Assembly (NCBI GenBank): GCA_031272085.1
Contig: JAISUN010000005.1
Span: forward strand, 762 to 64,761
Origin: Dysgonamonadaceae bacterium
GTDB taxonomy: Bacteria > Bacteroidota > Bacteroidia > Bacteroidales > Azobacteroidaceae
Reading direction: 5' to 3'
Length of the DNA: 64,000 nt
Part shown: positions 47,203-57,676 of the stretch, piece after piece
Position numbering within the stretch: the stretch's first letter is position 1
How the letters are laid out: each line of letters starts with the position of its first letter
Position numbers and translations under genes: made by a program
Notes under the pieces: generated by a model
Seen by the model: only the letters and a program-made list of their open reading frames with translations
The model's database searches: none
Told to the model about the DNA's origin: nothing

Positions 47203-48186
47203 TTAATAGTAAAAGAGTTCGTTTTTGATGGAATCGATGTAGGTTTTCTGCTTGTCGAGGAAGTTTTCTTGAAGCAGTTCGTTTGATTGAGTAATCAGTA
47301 TCGAATACTTTTTAAACGAATCGAGCCAGCGCTTCTGCATACTGCAAATTTCCTGATTGACCACCACTATCGGCTTGGTCGGATACAGCCAGTAGAGCGA
47401 GGCAATGCTGTTTTCGTCGTAGCAGGCGCAGTTGGTGTTCGTTTCCACATGCAGCAGCGAAAGATATATATTGCGTGTAATGCCGAGTTTGTTTACTCCG
47501 CTCTGCATCATATCTTTCAGATTTCCAAGGAAGTCTATAAATTCGCCTTTGATGGCCTCCATGTCTTCGTTGGAAATCAGTTTGCGGCTGTAACTGTACT
47601 GAACTTTCCTGACGGCGTTGAGAAAAATTTCGCGGTCGAAAATGAAACTTACATTTCTAATGTGGCTTCTCGCTTCGAGGAATTTCTGGCGTAATTCTTC
47701 GATTTCGGCAGGAATGACGGTTTCCTGAAACGTGGTATTGACCGATGTGCTGTAAGTCTGATGTATCCAGTTGTAGTAATACACCTTGAACAGATAGTCG
47801 TATCCGACAATCAAAAAGAGGCTCAATCGGTTAACGGCGGCCATAACCTCGATGTTTTCGGTAGAACTCAAAATTTCGATGTAGCGGTAATATTCCCTCA
47901 TCATTTCGAGGAAACTTTCTTCGTGGTCGGAATCGCGATTTCCGCGCAGGCTGATAATTATCCGGTTGTCAGAGCCTTTGCCGATGATTTCGTCCACCGA
48001 AAAGCCGAGCCGGAGCGAGAGGGCGCTTACTTCGTCGAAAGTGAAAGGGATTTCGCCCCTGATTCTTCGGTAAACCGATTCGCGGCCTATGTCCAAAGTA
48101 TCAATCAAAAAATCGACGACCTTGTGATTTTTCGAGATGTTTTCCTGAATTTTTTGCATCAGCAAATCAATCTGTGCTTTTGTCAT
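47203..48186 (-). CDS. HTH (BetR/XRE-like) protein of unknown function, paralog 3 (convergent)
   Basis: LDIGRESVYRRIRGEIPFTFDE; own -7 TATATTTG at 48221-48228. Confidence 0.8.
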   Translation of the reverse strand: MTKAQIDLLMQKIQENISKNHKVVDFLIDTLDIGRESVYRRIRGEIPFTFDEVSALSLRLGFSVDEIIGKGSDNRIIISLRGNRDSDHEESFLEMMREYYRYIEILSSTENIEVMAAVNRLSLFLIVGYDYLFKVYYYNWIHQTYSTSVNTTFQETVIPAEIEELRQKFLEARSHIRNVSFIFDREIFLNAVRKVQYSYSRKLISNEDMEAIKGEFIDFLGNLKDMMQSGVNKLGITRNIYLSLLHVETNTNCACYDENSIASLYWLYPTKPIVVVNQEICSMQKRWLDSFKKYSILITQSNELLQENFLDKQKTYIDSIKNELFYY

Positions 48187-48373
48187 AAAATTTTAATTGT
48201 TTTTAGTGAATTACAAGCAGCAAATATACTCAAAATTTGCAATAAAACAAAACATTCTGTTATTTTTCTACTTTTTTATTGATATGAGCAATTATTTTTC
48301 TATTTTTAAGTTGATTTAACAACGCGTTTTTCCAAAAATTATTCATACCTTTGCATTTTATAAAATTTCTGAA

Positions 48374-49384
48374 ATGCGGATAAAACAAAATTATTCTCTT
48401 AAAAAACATAACACTTTCGGCCTCGACGTCCGTACAAAATACTTTTTGGAGTACGAAAACGAAGCCGACCTCTACACGCTGATGCGCGACGAATACTTCT
48501 TTTCGGAGCAGTTTATGCACATCGGGCAAGGCAGCAACCTGCTGTTTCTGGGCGATTACAACGGCATTATAGTTCATTCTGCCATAGTCGGAGCGGAAAT
48601 TTTGAGCGAGGACGAGGATTCCGTCCTTTTGAGCGTCGGCTCCGGCCACGACTGGGATTCTTTGGTTTCCCTCTGCGTCGAAAACGGCTGGGGAGGCCTC
48701 GAAAACCTGTCGCTGATTCCCGGCGAAGCGGGCGCGGCGGCTGTTCAAAATATCGGCGCTTACGGAGCCGAAGCCGCCGATTGCATAGAAGAAGTCCACA
48801 CTTTCTATCTTGTTGAGGGCGAAAAGCGGATTTTCAAGAAAAGCGAGTGCGGTTACGGCTACCGGACAAGTTTTTTCAAACAGGAAGACAATCGCGGAAA
48901 ATATTTTGTCAGCCGCGTAGTTTTCCGCCTCTCAAAAAAGCCGGAATTTAATATTGACTACGGCGATGTGAGAAAACGCCTTGAAAACAAAGAAATTACG
49001 CTGAAAAACGTCCGCAATGCCGTAATTGAAATCCGCCGTGAAAAACTTCCCAACGTTTCGGAAATCGGCAGCGCAGGCAGTTTCTTTATGAATCCTTATA
49101 TTTGCAAAGAGCATTACGAAGGCCTGAAAAAACATTATCCCGACATTAAGCATTATCCTGTGAATGAGGAAGTTGTAAAAATCCCTGCGGCCTGGCTGAT
49201 TGAAAAATGCGGTTTGAAAGGCAAAACCCTTGGCGGAGCGCAGATTTACGAACGCCAGCCTCTGGTAATCGTCAATCGCGGAAATGCGGCCGGCAGCGAT
49301 ATTGCCGCCCTTGCCGAAGAGGTTCAGGCGGCCGTCAAAGAGAAATTTTTCATCGACCTTAAACCGGAAGTAAATTACGTGTGA
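48374..49384 (+). CDS. murB: UDP-N-acetylmuramate dehydrogenase
   Basis: GQGSNLLF, GLENLSLIPG, QNIGAYG, SAGSFFMNP, LKPEV. Confidence 0.96.
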   Translation: MRIKQNYSLKKHNTFGLDVRTKYFLEYENEADLYTLMRDEYFFSEQFMHIGQGSNLLFLGDYNGIIVHSAIVGAEILSEDEDSVLLSVGSGHDWDSLVSLCVENGWGGLENLSLIPGEAGAAAVQNIGAYGAEAADCIEEVHTFYLVEGEKRIFKKSECGYGYRTSFFKQEDNRGKYFVSRVVFRLSKKPEFNIDYGDVRKRLENKEITLKNVRNAVIEIRREKLPNVSEIGSAGSFFMNPYICKEHYEGLKKHYPDIKHYPVNEEVVKIPAAWLIEKCGLKGKTLGGAQIYERQPLVIVNRGNAAGSDIAALAEEVQAAVKEKFFIDLKPEVNYV

Positions 49385-50160
49385 TGAAAATAAGATTTTT
49401 AGGCACCGGAACTTCCACAGGAATCCCCGAAATAGGCTGCCGATGTGCGGTTTGCTCATCGTCCGACCCCCGCGACAAACGCTTGCGGGCCTCTGTTCTC
49501 GTTACGCTCGACGACGGCCGCAAAATCCTGATTGATTGCAGCCCCGACTTCCGCCGGCAAATGTTATCGACATTTGAAATCGAGCCGTTTGAGCGCTTGG
49601 ACGCCGTCTTGCTCACTCACGAACATTACGACCACGTAGGCGGGCTTGACGACCTGCGCATTTTTTGCCGGCATAATCCGCTCGATATTTATGCTGAAAA
49701 CTATGTTGCAGAGGCGATTATGCGGCGGATTGACTATGCGTTTGCAGAGCGAAAATATCCCGGAAGTCCAAGTTTGATAATGAAAAAAATCGGACTTGAA
49801 ACATTCGATATCGAGGGGCAAAAAATCCTTCCTATCCGCCTGATGCACGGCAAATTGCCCATTTTCGGCTACCGGATAGATGATTTTGCCTATCTGACCG
49901 ATTTAAAAACCATTCCCGACAGCGAATACGAAAAATTGAAAGGCATTGACATATTGGTTATCAACGCCTTGCGCTACGAGGAGCATATTGCCCACCAAAC
50001 CATAACCGACGCACTGGCGCAGGTAGAGCGGATTAAGCCTCGCAGAGCCTTTTTCACGCATCTTTGCCATCAGGCCGGATTTCACACGGAACTGCAAAAA
50101 CTGTTGCCCGAAAACGTGGATTTAGCCTACGACGGATTGGAAATTTCAACAGATTGTTAA
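49384..50160 (+). CDS. MBL-fold metallo-hydrolase (PhnP-like)
   Basis: LGTGTSTGIP.IGCRCAVC, THEHYDHVGGLDD. Confidence 0.9.
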   Translation: MKIRFLGTGTSTGIPEIGCRCAVCSSSDPRDKRLRASVLVTLDDGRKILIDCSPDFRRQMLSTFEIEPFERLDAVLLTHEHYDHVGGLDDLRIFCRHNPLDIYAENYVAEAIMRRIDYAFAERKYPGSPSLIMKKIGLETFDIEGQKILPIRLMHGKLPIFGYRIDDFAYLTDLKTIPDSEYEKLKGIDILVINALRYEEHIAHQTITDALAQVERIKPRRAFFTHLCHQAGFHTELQKLLPENVDLAYDGLEISTDC

Positions 50161-50245
50161 TAAATAAACAGAAAAAAAACGTAGAATCTGAAAAAAAAAT
50201 CATACATTTGCACAAAAATAAAATCACTAAAAAAATAGAAACAAT

Positions 50246-51370
50246 ATGAAATTCGCAGTATCAAGCAGTTTATTGGCAAGCCATTTACAGGTTATTGGCC
50301 GCGTTCTCGCATCGAAGAACACTATTCCCATTCTCGACTGTTTTCTGTTCGAGTTGAAAGACAACCTGCTGACTTTGACGGCAGCCGACAGTGAAACCCG
50401 CATCACGGTATCGATTGAAGTTACCGATGTCGAAGGCGGCGGAGTGTTCGCCATTCCCTCGAAAAATATCCTCGACGCTTTGAAGGAATTGCCCGAACAG
50501 CCCATCAAATTCGACATCAACGACGATTCGCTCGAAATGTTCATTTACTACGAAAACGGTAAATACAATTTCATCGCACAGGACGGGGAAGAATATCCCA
50601 TGCCCAAGCCGCTGAACGAAAAAGCAGTGAAACTGAAAATGAGCGCCGAAGACCTCCTGTCAGGCGTGAGCAGAACGCTGTTTGCTACCGCAGAAGACGA
50701 ACTCCGTCCGGTAATGAACGGCATCTATTTCGACGTTAAAGAAGACAACATCACTTTCGTAGCCTCCGACGGCCACAAGTTGGTAAGATTTATCAACAAA
50801 GCCATTTCGGGCAACGAAGTTTCGTCGTTCATTCTGCCTAAAAAACCGGCTAACCTGCTGAAATCGGTACTCGCAAAGGAAACCGGCGATGTTACGGTCA
50901 GTTTCGACGAAAGCAACGCCCGTATCGAAACCGGCAAACTGCTGATTATTTCGCGCCTCATCGAAGGCCGTTATCCGAACTACAACGGAGTTATCCCGAA
51001 AGAAAACCCGTTCCGGATTACCGCCGACCGCCTGCTGTTTATGAACGCAATGAAGCGCGTTACGGTATTCGCAAATCCCACCAGCAGCCTGATAAAACTC
51101 GTTGTTGCAGACAACAAGATAGTGCTTTCGGCACAGGACGTCGATTTCCAGACTTCGGCCGAAGAAACTCTGGCCTGCGTTTACGACAACGACCCGATAA
51201 GTATCGGATTCAAAGGCACTTACCTGATTGAAATCTTGAACAACATCCCGTCTTCGGAAGTTATTATCGAACTCGCCGACCCATCGCGTGCCGGACTGAT
51301 GTTGCCTTCGGAAAACGAAGAAAACGAAGATTTGCTGATGTTGCTGATGCCGATGATGCTGAACGACTGA
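50246..51370 (+). CDS. dnaN: DNA polymerase III beta clamp
   Basis: ELRPVMNG, VASDGHKL, RLIEGRYPNY, LLMPM. Confidence 0.97.
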   Translation: MKFAVSSSLLASHLQVIGRVLASKNTIPILDCFLFELKDNLLTLTAADSETRITVSIEVTDVEGGGVFAIPSKNILDALKELPEQPIKFDINDDSLEMFIYYENGKYNFIAQDGEEYPMPKPLNEKAVKLKMSAEDLLSGVSRTLFATAEDELRPVMNGIYFDVKEDNITFVASDGHKLVRFINKAISGNEVSSFILPKKPANLLKSVLAKETGDVTVSFDESNARIETGKLLIISRLIEGRYPNYNGVIPKENPFRITADRLLFMNAMKRVTVFANPTSSLIKLVVADNKIVLSAQDVDFQTSAEETLACVYDNDPISIGFKGTYLIEILNNIPSSEVIIELADPSRAGLMLPSENEENEDLLMLLMPMMLND

Positions 51371-51428
51371 CAAATTAATTTTGAATGTAAGAATTTTGAA
51401 TAATTTAGAATATTCGTAAAAATATATA

Positions 51429-52196
51429 GTGAAACTGAATTTAAAAAATCCTCTTGTTTTTTTCGACCTCGAAACTACGGGAGTTAATGTTTCTTCGGAC
51501 AGGATAGTGGAAATTTCCTATCTGAAAATTTTTCCTAATGGCGACGAGGAAAGCCGGACGCGCAGACTGAATCCGGAACGCCCGATTCCGCCCGAATCTA
51601 CTCTGGTTCACGGGATTACCGACGAAGACGTGAAAGATGCGCCCACGTTCAAGCAAATAGCCAAATCCTTGGCCGCTCAAATTGAGGGCTGCGATTTGGC
51701 CGGATATAATTCCAACCGCTTCGACATTCCGCTATTAGCCGAGGAATTTCTGAGGGCAGACGTCGATATCGACCTGATGAAACGCAAATTTGTCGATGTG
51801 CAGACCATTTACCACAAAAAGGAGCAGCGGACTTTGGCGGCAGCCTATAAATTCTACTGCGACAAGGATTTGGAAAACGCCCACACCGCCGAGGCCGATA
51901 CCAAAGCGACCTACGAAATTTTGCAGTCGCAACTCGACCGTTATCCCGATTTGCAGAACGACATTAATTATCTGTCTGAATATTCGGCATTTACAAACAA
52001 TGTCGATTTTGCCGGACGGGTAATTTATAACGAAAAAAAGCAGGAAGTAATCAACTTTGGAAAATATAAGGGGCGTTTGGTAGAATCCGTTCTGGCCGAA
52101 GACCCCGGATATTACAGTTGGATTATGCAGGGCGATTTTGCGCTGCACACCAAAAAAGTTTTTACAAACATTCGATTGAGAGCGTTAAAAAAATAA
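51429..52196 (+). CDS. DEDDh 3'-5' exonuclease (DnaQ/epsilon-like)
   Basis: FFDLETTG, GYNSNRFD, AHTAEAD. Confidence 0.9.
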   Translation: MKLNLKNPLVFFDLETTGVNVSSDRIVEISYLKIFPNGDEESRTRRLNPERPIPPESTLVHGITDEDVKDAPTFKQIAKSLAAQIEGCDLAGYNSNRFDIPLLAEEFLRADVDIDLMKRKFVDVQTIYHKKEQRTLAAAYKFYCDKDLENAHTAEADTKATYEILQSQLDRYPDLQNDINYLSEYSAFTNNVDFAGRVIYNEKKQEVINFGKYKGRLVESVLAEDPGYYSWIMQGDFALHTKKVFTNIRLRALKK

Positions 52197-52203
52197 AGTC
52201 CTT

Positions 52204-52500
52204 ATGAGTTGGGAAAGTATAAAATCGCGCTTCGGGTGGGTCAATAAATACGTGGTTGCGATTGCGATTTTTGCCCTTGTGATGCTGTTTTTGGGCGACA
52301 AAACAGTAATCGACCGCATACGCTACGACCGCGAAATAAGCCGTCTCGAAAGCGAAGTTGCAGTTCAGAAAAAGAACTTGCAGGCCAGCCGCGACAAGTT
52401 GGAAGCAATCAAAAAAGACGACGAAAGCCTCGAAAAATTCGCCCGCGAGCAGTACCGGCTGACCAAGCCCGATGAAGAACTGTTTCTGATAGAAGAATGA
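52204..52500 (+). CDS. FtsB/DivIC septum formation initiator family
   Basis: One TM helix, a coiled coil, LEKFAREQY...DE. Confidence 0.85.
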   Translation: MSWESIKSRFGWVNKYVVAIAIFALVMLFLGDKTVIDRIRYDREISRLESEVAVQKKNLQASRDKLEAIKKDDESLEKFAREQYRLTKPDEELFLIEE

Positions 52501-52889
52501 TGCCTCAAACCGTAAGAAACATTATTCTGTTCGTCAGCGCAGTTTTGCTCGTCGCTTCGTCGGCTCTGTATATCGCTGATAATGAGGCGCTTCATACGGC
52601 GGTTCTTTATGTTTATGCAGTATCGGGGGCTTTGATTGCGGTGGAAATCCTGTCGAATCCCTACCGCGGCGAAAACCTGCGCCTGAAACGGCTCAACGTG
52701 CAGCAAACCATTGCCGCCCTGTTGCTGCCTTTTTCGTCGTATCTGATGTTTAAAGGCAAAAACGAGTGGTTTATGTTCCTGCTGATAGCCGTTTTTCTGA
52801 TTTTGTACGTAACTTTTGTCAGGTCGAGCGAAGAGAAAAAAGAAAAGCAAAGTATTGAAAGTGAACACGATAACGAGCGTCCAGAATGA
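52497..52889 (+). CDS. Hypothetical membrane protein
   Basis: Four hydrophobic segments with an NLRLKRL loop; overlaps both neighbours. Confidence 0.7.
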   Translation: MMPQTVRNIILFVSAVLLVASSALYIADNEALHTAVLYVYAVSGALIAVEILSNPYRGENLRLKRLNVQQTIAALLLPFSSYLMFKGKNEWFMFLLIAVFLILYVTFVRSSEEKKEKQSIESEHDNERPE

Positions 52890-53655
52890 AAGGATAAAAA
52901 ACGTTTTGAAACTTGCCGCAAAATCGAAAGAGCGGAAGGAGCAAAACCTTTTTGTCGTCGAAGGAGCGCGGGAACTGTCGTTAGCAAAGGCGGGCGGTTA
53001 CGCGCTCGATTCCGTTTTTGTGTGTACCGAACTTTTTGCCGCTTCCGATTATCCCAATGTGCTGGCAAACGTAGAGCAGGAGCGGATTTTTGAGGTTTCG
53101 CCCGCGGCGTTTCAAAAAATGGCCTACCGCGAACATTCCGACGGGATTACGGCTCTTGTCCGGCCGAAAAGCAATGCGCTTGACGACCTCGTTTTGAGCG
53201 AAAATCCATTTATCATCGTCCTCGAATCGGTAGAAAAACCCGGAAATCTGGGAGCCGTTTTGCGGACTGCCGACGCTGCAAAAGCCGATGCAGTGATAGT
53301 TTGCGACCCTTTGGCCGACGTTTACAATCCTAATACAATCCGCTCGTCGATAGGCTGCGTTTTTACCGTTCAAGTGGCGGCAACGAACAGTCAGGCTGCG
53401 CTTAATTTCCTTAAAAACAGGAAAATACGCACTTTTGCAGCCGAACTCGAAGCCTCTGTCTGGTATCACGAAACGGACTTTACCCGCCCTTCGGCTATCG
53501 TTATGGGAACCGAGGCCGACGGATTGACCGCTTTCTGGCTCGAAAACGCCGACGCAAGAATAAAAATCCCGATGAGGGGCAAAATCGATTCGCTCAACGT
53601 TTCTGTTTCTACGGCCGTTTTGACCTTTGAAGCGATGCGGCAGCGCGGATTTTAA
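52861..53655 (+). CDS. TrmH/SpoU-family RNA methyltransferase
   Basis: GTG start at 52861; ITSVQN, EKPGNLGAVLRTA, MGTEADG, DSLNVS. Confidence 0.92.
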   Translation: MNTITSVQNERIKNVLKLAAKSKERKEQNLFVVEGARELSLAKAGGYALDSVFVCTELFAASDYPNVLANVEQERIFEVSPAAFQKMAYREHSDGITALVRPKSNALDDLVLSENPFIIVLESVEKPGNLGAVLRTADAAKADAVIVCDPLADVYNPNTIRSSIGCVFTVQVAATNSQAALNFLKNRKIRTFAAELEASVWYHETDFTRPSAIVMGTEADGLTAFWLENADARIKIPMRGKIDSLNVSVSTAVLTFEAMRQRGF

Positions 53656-53682
53656 TGTTAAACTTGTTAAACATAAATATTT

Positions 53683-56187
53683 ATGAGAAATTTATTTATT
53701 CTGTTGTTCCTTTCCGCAAGCATGGTTAGCGGCAACGCACAAAAATTCTTTTGGCAAAAAAAGAAACCGGAGGTTAAAAAAGAAATGGCTGCTCCTCCCA
53801 AACCCGCGGCACAAGGCGATTTGAAGCCCTATAAAGACGTTATTACAAAAGACGCAATATCGAGAACCGGATTTTTCAAAGTTCATCACGTGAAAGACAA
53901 ATATTATTTTGAAATTCCCGATTCCATCTACGGCCGCGATATTTTAGCAGTTAACCGCATATCGAAAGCGCCCGTAAACCGCAACCGCCAACTTTCGGGC
54001 TACGGTGCCGACCAGATTGGCGAGGATGTTGTCCGCTTTGAAATGGGCGCCGACAACAAGGTTTACCTCCGCTCGGTTTCATATATCGAGGAAGCCAGCG
54101 ACACGACGAATATGTATCTTTCGGTGCAAAACTCTAATGTTCAGCCGATTATCGCCGCATTTCCCATTGCTGCTTTCTATACCGATTCTGTAAAAAAGAG
54201 CAAAAATGCGGTTATCGACGTTACGGCTTTCATAAATTCCGATAACTCTGCGCTTTCTTTCTCGCAATCGATGAAAAGGCGCACCGGACTTGGAAACTTG
54301 TTTGCCGACCGCTCATTCATCGACACAATGCGTGTTTATCCGCAAAATATTGAGATTCGGACAGTTAAGACTTATGCGCAAACTCCGCCCCAGGGTTATC
54401 CGCAAACGATGGCGCAATATTATCCGAACGGGCCAATCACTTACGAACTGAATACTTCGATTCTGCTCCTGCCCGAAAAGCCGATGAAAGCCCGCCTTTT
54501 TGACCCCAGAGTCGGCTATTTTGCAGTCAGTTACACCGATTTTGACGCAAATTCGCAAGGAATAGAACGCCGCGCAAAAATTACCCGCTGGCGGCTTGAA
54601 CCCAAGCCCGAAGATTTGGAGCGTTACCTTGCCGGCGAACTTGTGGAGCCGCAAAAACCGATTGTCATTTATATCGACCCCGCAACGCCTAAAAAGTGGG
54701 TTCCGTATCTGATAGCAGGCGTTAACGACTGGCAAAAAGCATTTGAAAAAGCCGGATTCAAAAACGCAATTTACGCTCTGGAAGCGCCACAAGATTCGAC
54801 TTGGAGCCTCGACGACGCCCGCCATTCGGCCATAGTTTACAAGGCTTCGGACATTGCCAACGCAAGCGGCCCTCACGTTCACGACCCCCGCAGCGGCGAA
54901 ATTTTGGAAACTCACATCAATTGGTATCACAACGTGATGAACCTGCTCCACAACTGGTATATGATTCAGGCAAGCCCCAGCGACAAGGGCGCACGCAAGC
55001 CGGTTTTCGACGACGAACTTATGGGGCAGTTGATTCGCTTCGTTTCTTCGCACGAGGTCGGCCACACTCTGGGTTTGCGCCACAATTTCGGCTCCTCGGC
55101 CACAATTCCGGTGGAAAAACTCCGCGACAAAGCATGGGTCGAGGCTAACGGCCACACCCCTTCAATTATGGACTACGCCCGCTTCAACTATGTGGCTCAA
55201 CCGGAAGACAACATCGGCCAGAGCGGAATTTTTCCGCGAATCGGAGTTTACGACGAATGGGCTATCGAATGGGGCTACCGCTACCGTCCCGAATTTGCAA
55301 AACCGGAAGACGAAATTGCTTTTAATAACAAACTGATTATCGACAAGTTAAATTCCGATAAACGCTTTACTTTCGGTACAGAATCCGACCCTGACGACCC
55401 GCGGAATCAAAACGAAGACCTGGGCGACAACGCGATTTTGGCCGGAACTTACGGCATAAAAAACCTGAAATTCATTATGCCTAACGTAATTGCCTGGACC
55501 AAAGAAGACAACAAAAATTATTCAAACGCTGAAAACCTTTACACGCAGATTGCAACGCAATTCAGCCGTTACGCAGGCCACGTCGCCAAGAATGTAGGCG
55601 GAATTTACCGTACTCCGGTAACTGTCGAACAATCAACAAATTCCGAAGAATTTGTACCCGCAAAAATCCAGCGGGAAGCAGTTCAATTCCTTAACTCTCA
55701 GGTTTTTGCAACCCCCGAATGGCTGATTGACAAGACTTTGATTGAAAAAGCCGAGGTCAATCCGATTTCGACAATCGACAGAATCCAGAAACAAATCATC
55801 GACCGCCTCATCAGCCGCTCGACCATCGATAAACTGGTGCGCAACGAATCGTTCAACGGACGCGAAGCCTACACCGCCGACGAGATGTTCCGCGACCTGA
55901 AAAAAGGCGTTTGGTCGGAACTTTCGAGCGGAAAAGACATTGACGTTTACCGCCGCAATTTGCAGAAAAACTACGTTGCAGCCCTTATTGCGCTTGTAAA
56001 TCCGCAACAGAACGCTCCGGCAGGCTTCGCTCCGACCGGCTCGTCCGATGCGGCAGGCCTTGCCCGCGTTCAACTGATGGATTTGCGGAGCGCTGTAAAA
56101 TCGGCGGCCGCTTCTGCTACCGGATTGAAACGCAGCCATTTAGTCGATATTGCAGCGCAGATTGACAAGGCATTAGACCCAAAATAA
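53683..56187 (+). CDS. Secreted zinc metalloprotease (DUF5117/DUF5118/DUF4953, EcxA-like)
   Basis: Signal peptide; FDPRVGYF, HEVGHTLGLRHN metzincin motif, SIMDY Met-turn. Confidence 0.9.
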   Translation: MRNLFILLFLSASMVSGNAQKFFWQKKKPEVKKEMAAPPKPAAQGDLKPYKDVITKDAISRTGFFKVHHVKDKYYFEIPDSIYGRDILAVNRISKAPVNRNRQLSGYGADQIGEDVVRFEMGADNKVYLRSVSYIEEASDTTNMYLSVQNSNVQPIIAAFPIAAFYTDSVKKSKNAVIDVTAFINSDNSALSFSQSMKRRTGLGNLFADRSFIDTMRVYPQNIEIRTVKTYAQTPPQGYPQTMAQYYPNGPITYELNTSILLLPEKPMKARLFDPRVGYFAVSYTDFDANSQGIERRAKITRWRLEPKPEDLERYLAGELVEPQKPIVIYIDPATPKKWVPYLIAGVNDWQKAFEKAGFKNAIYALEAPQDSTWSLDDARHSAIVYKASDIANASGPHVHDPRSGEILETHINWYHNVMNLLHNWYMIQASPSDKGARKPVFDDELMGQLIRFVSSHEVGHTLGLRHNFGSSATIPVEKLRDKAWVEANGHTPSIMDYARFNYVAQPEDNIGQSGIFPRIGVYDEWAIEWGYRYRPEFAKPEDEIAFNNKLIIDKLNSDKRFTFGTESDPDDPRNQNEDLGDNAILAGTYGIKNLKFIMPNVIAWTKEDNKNYSNAENLYTQIATQFSRYAGHVAKNVGGIYRTPVTVEQSTNSEEFVPAKIQREAVQFLNSQVFATPEWLIDKTLIEKAEVNPISTIDRIQKQIIDRLISRSTIDKLVRNESFNGREAYTADEMFRDLKKGVWSELSSGKDIDVYRRNLQKNYVAALIALVNPQQNAPAGFAPTGSSDAAGLARVQLMDLRSAVKSAAASATGLKRSHLVDIAAQIDKALDPK

Positions 56188-56191
56188 AGCA

Positions 56192-57292
56192 ATGATTATC
56201 GACAGAATTTCAATACTGAACTTCAAAAATATCGAAGAAGCAGACCTCGTTTTTTCCCCTAAAATGAACTGCTTTTTCGGAAATAACGGGATGGGCAAAA
56301 CCAACCTGCTCGATGCTCTGTATTATCTGTCGTTCACGAAAAATTACACGAATCTTCCTGACAGCCAACTCGTTAAGCACGGAACGGATTTTTGCGTCCT
56401 GCAAGGATTTTACCGCGACGGCGAGGCGGAAGAAGAAATTTACTGCGGCATAAAGCCGGGAAGCCGCAAGGTTTTCCGGCGCAACCGCAAGGAGTACAGC
56501 CGGATGTCGGAACATATAGGCCTCATCCCGCTCGTGATGGTGTCGCCTGCCGACGTTTCGCTGATTCAGGGCGGCAGCGAGGAACGCCGCCGTTTTGTGG
56601 ATATGGTTGTCAGTCAGTACGATAAGGACTATCTCCGCCGGCTTATTCATTATAACAAGATTTTGCAGCAGCGCAATTCGATGTTGAGGGACAATTTAAA
56701 GCCCGTCGATGATTCGCTGCTCGACATTCTTGACGAGCAACTGTCTGAAACAGGGAAAGTTATCCACGAAAAGCGGAAAGAATTTATCGAAAGTTTTTTG
56801 CCTGTTTTCAGGGAATATTACAGCCGGATAAGCAATGGCGGCGAACAGGTCGATTTGCGCTACGAATCGCAGTTTGCCGATATTTCCGACCCCCGCGCCC
56901 TGTTTTCTTCCCGCCGCGAACGCGACAAACTGCTCGGCTATACGAGCGCAGGCGTTCACAAAGACGATTTCCTGTTTTTGCTCGATGATTTTTTGCTTCG
57001 CAAAACAGGCTCGCAGGGGCAAAACAAAACCTGCCTTATAGCGCTGAAACTTGCTCAATTTGAGCATCTTGCGAGGCTCGGCCAAACTGCGCCCCTGCTT
57101 TTGCTCGACGATATTTTCGACAAACTCGACGCCGGGCGCGTGGAGCAGATTATCGCTCTGGTTGCCCGCCCTGAATTTGGGCAGATTTTTATTACTGACA
57201 CCAACCGCAAATATTTAGACGAGATTCTGGCCGGAATGAAGCACGATTACAGGCTGTTTCACGTCGAAAACGGAAAAACCGGATTATTATGA
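56192..57292 (+). CDS. recF: DNA replication/repair protein RecF
   Basis: GNNGMGKTNLLDA, GSQGQ, LLLDDIFDKLD. Confidence 0.96.
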   Translation: MIIDRISILNFKNIEEADLVFSPKMNCFFGNNGMGKTNLLDALYYLSFTKNYTNLPDSQLVKHGTDFCVLQGFYRDGEAEEEIYCGIKPGSRKVFRRNRKEYSRMSEHIGLIPLVMVSPADVSLIQGGSEERRRFVDMVVSQYDKDYLRRLIHYNKILQQRNSMLRDNLKPVDDSLLDILDEQLSETGKVIHEKRKEFIESFLPVFREYYSRISNGGEQVDLRYESQFADISDPRALFSSRRERDKLLGYTSAGVHKDDFLFLLDDFLLRKTGSQGQNKTCLIALKLAQFEHLARLGQTAPLLLLDDIFDKLDAGRVEQIIALVARPEFGQIFITDTNRKYLDEILAGMKHDYRLFHVENGKTGLL

Positions 57293-57582
57293 AACGAATT
57301 GAAGCACAGTCGATAGCGAGCGTTTTAGAAGAGTTTTTCGACGCAAATCCGAAGGTAGCCGACCGCCTCGGCGAAAGCCGCGCAATAGAGGCCTGGTATA
57401 AACTAATCGGAGCCTCGGCGGCAAAATTCACAAGCAGCGTCCAGATTAGGAAACGCGTTCTGTATGTGAAACTTACCTCTTCCGTACTGAAAAGCGAACT
57501 CTCGATGTGCCGCGAAAACCTGATTCAGCGGCTGAACGAAAAAGCCGGTCGCAACGTGGTCGATAATATTGTGTTTACTTGA
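57289..57582 (+). CDS. DUF721/DciA-family protein
   Basis: 97 aa, overlapping recF; LYVKLTSSVLKSEL. Typical synteny. Confidence 0.85.
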   Translation: MKRIEAQSIASVLEEFFDANPKVADRLGESRAIEAWYKLIGASAAKFTSSVQIRKRVLYVKLTSSVLKSELSMCRENLIQRLNEKAGRNVVDNIVFT

Positions 57583-57676
57583 AAAAAAGCATTAACACTG
57601 TTGGTTGAACTGGGAACATATTGTAACTGTCCTTGTAATCGCCGCTTACGGGCATTATGAAGATAAAAATCAGTCT

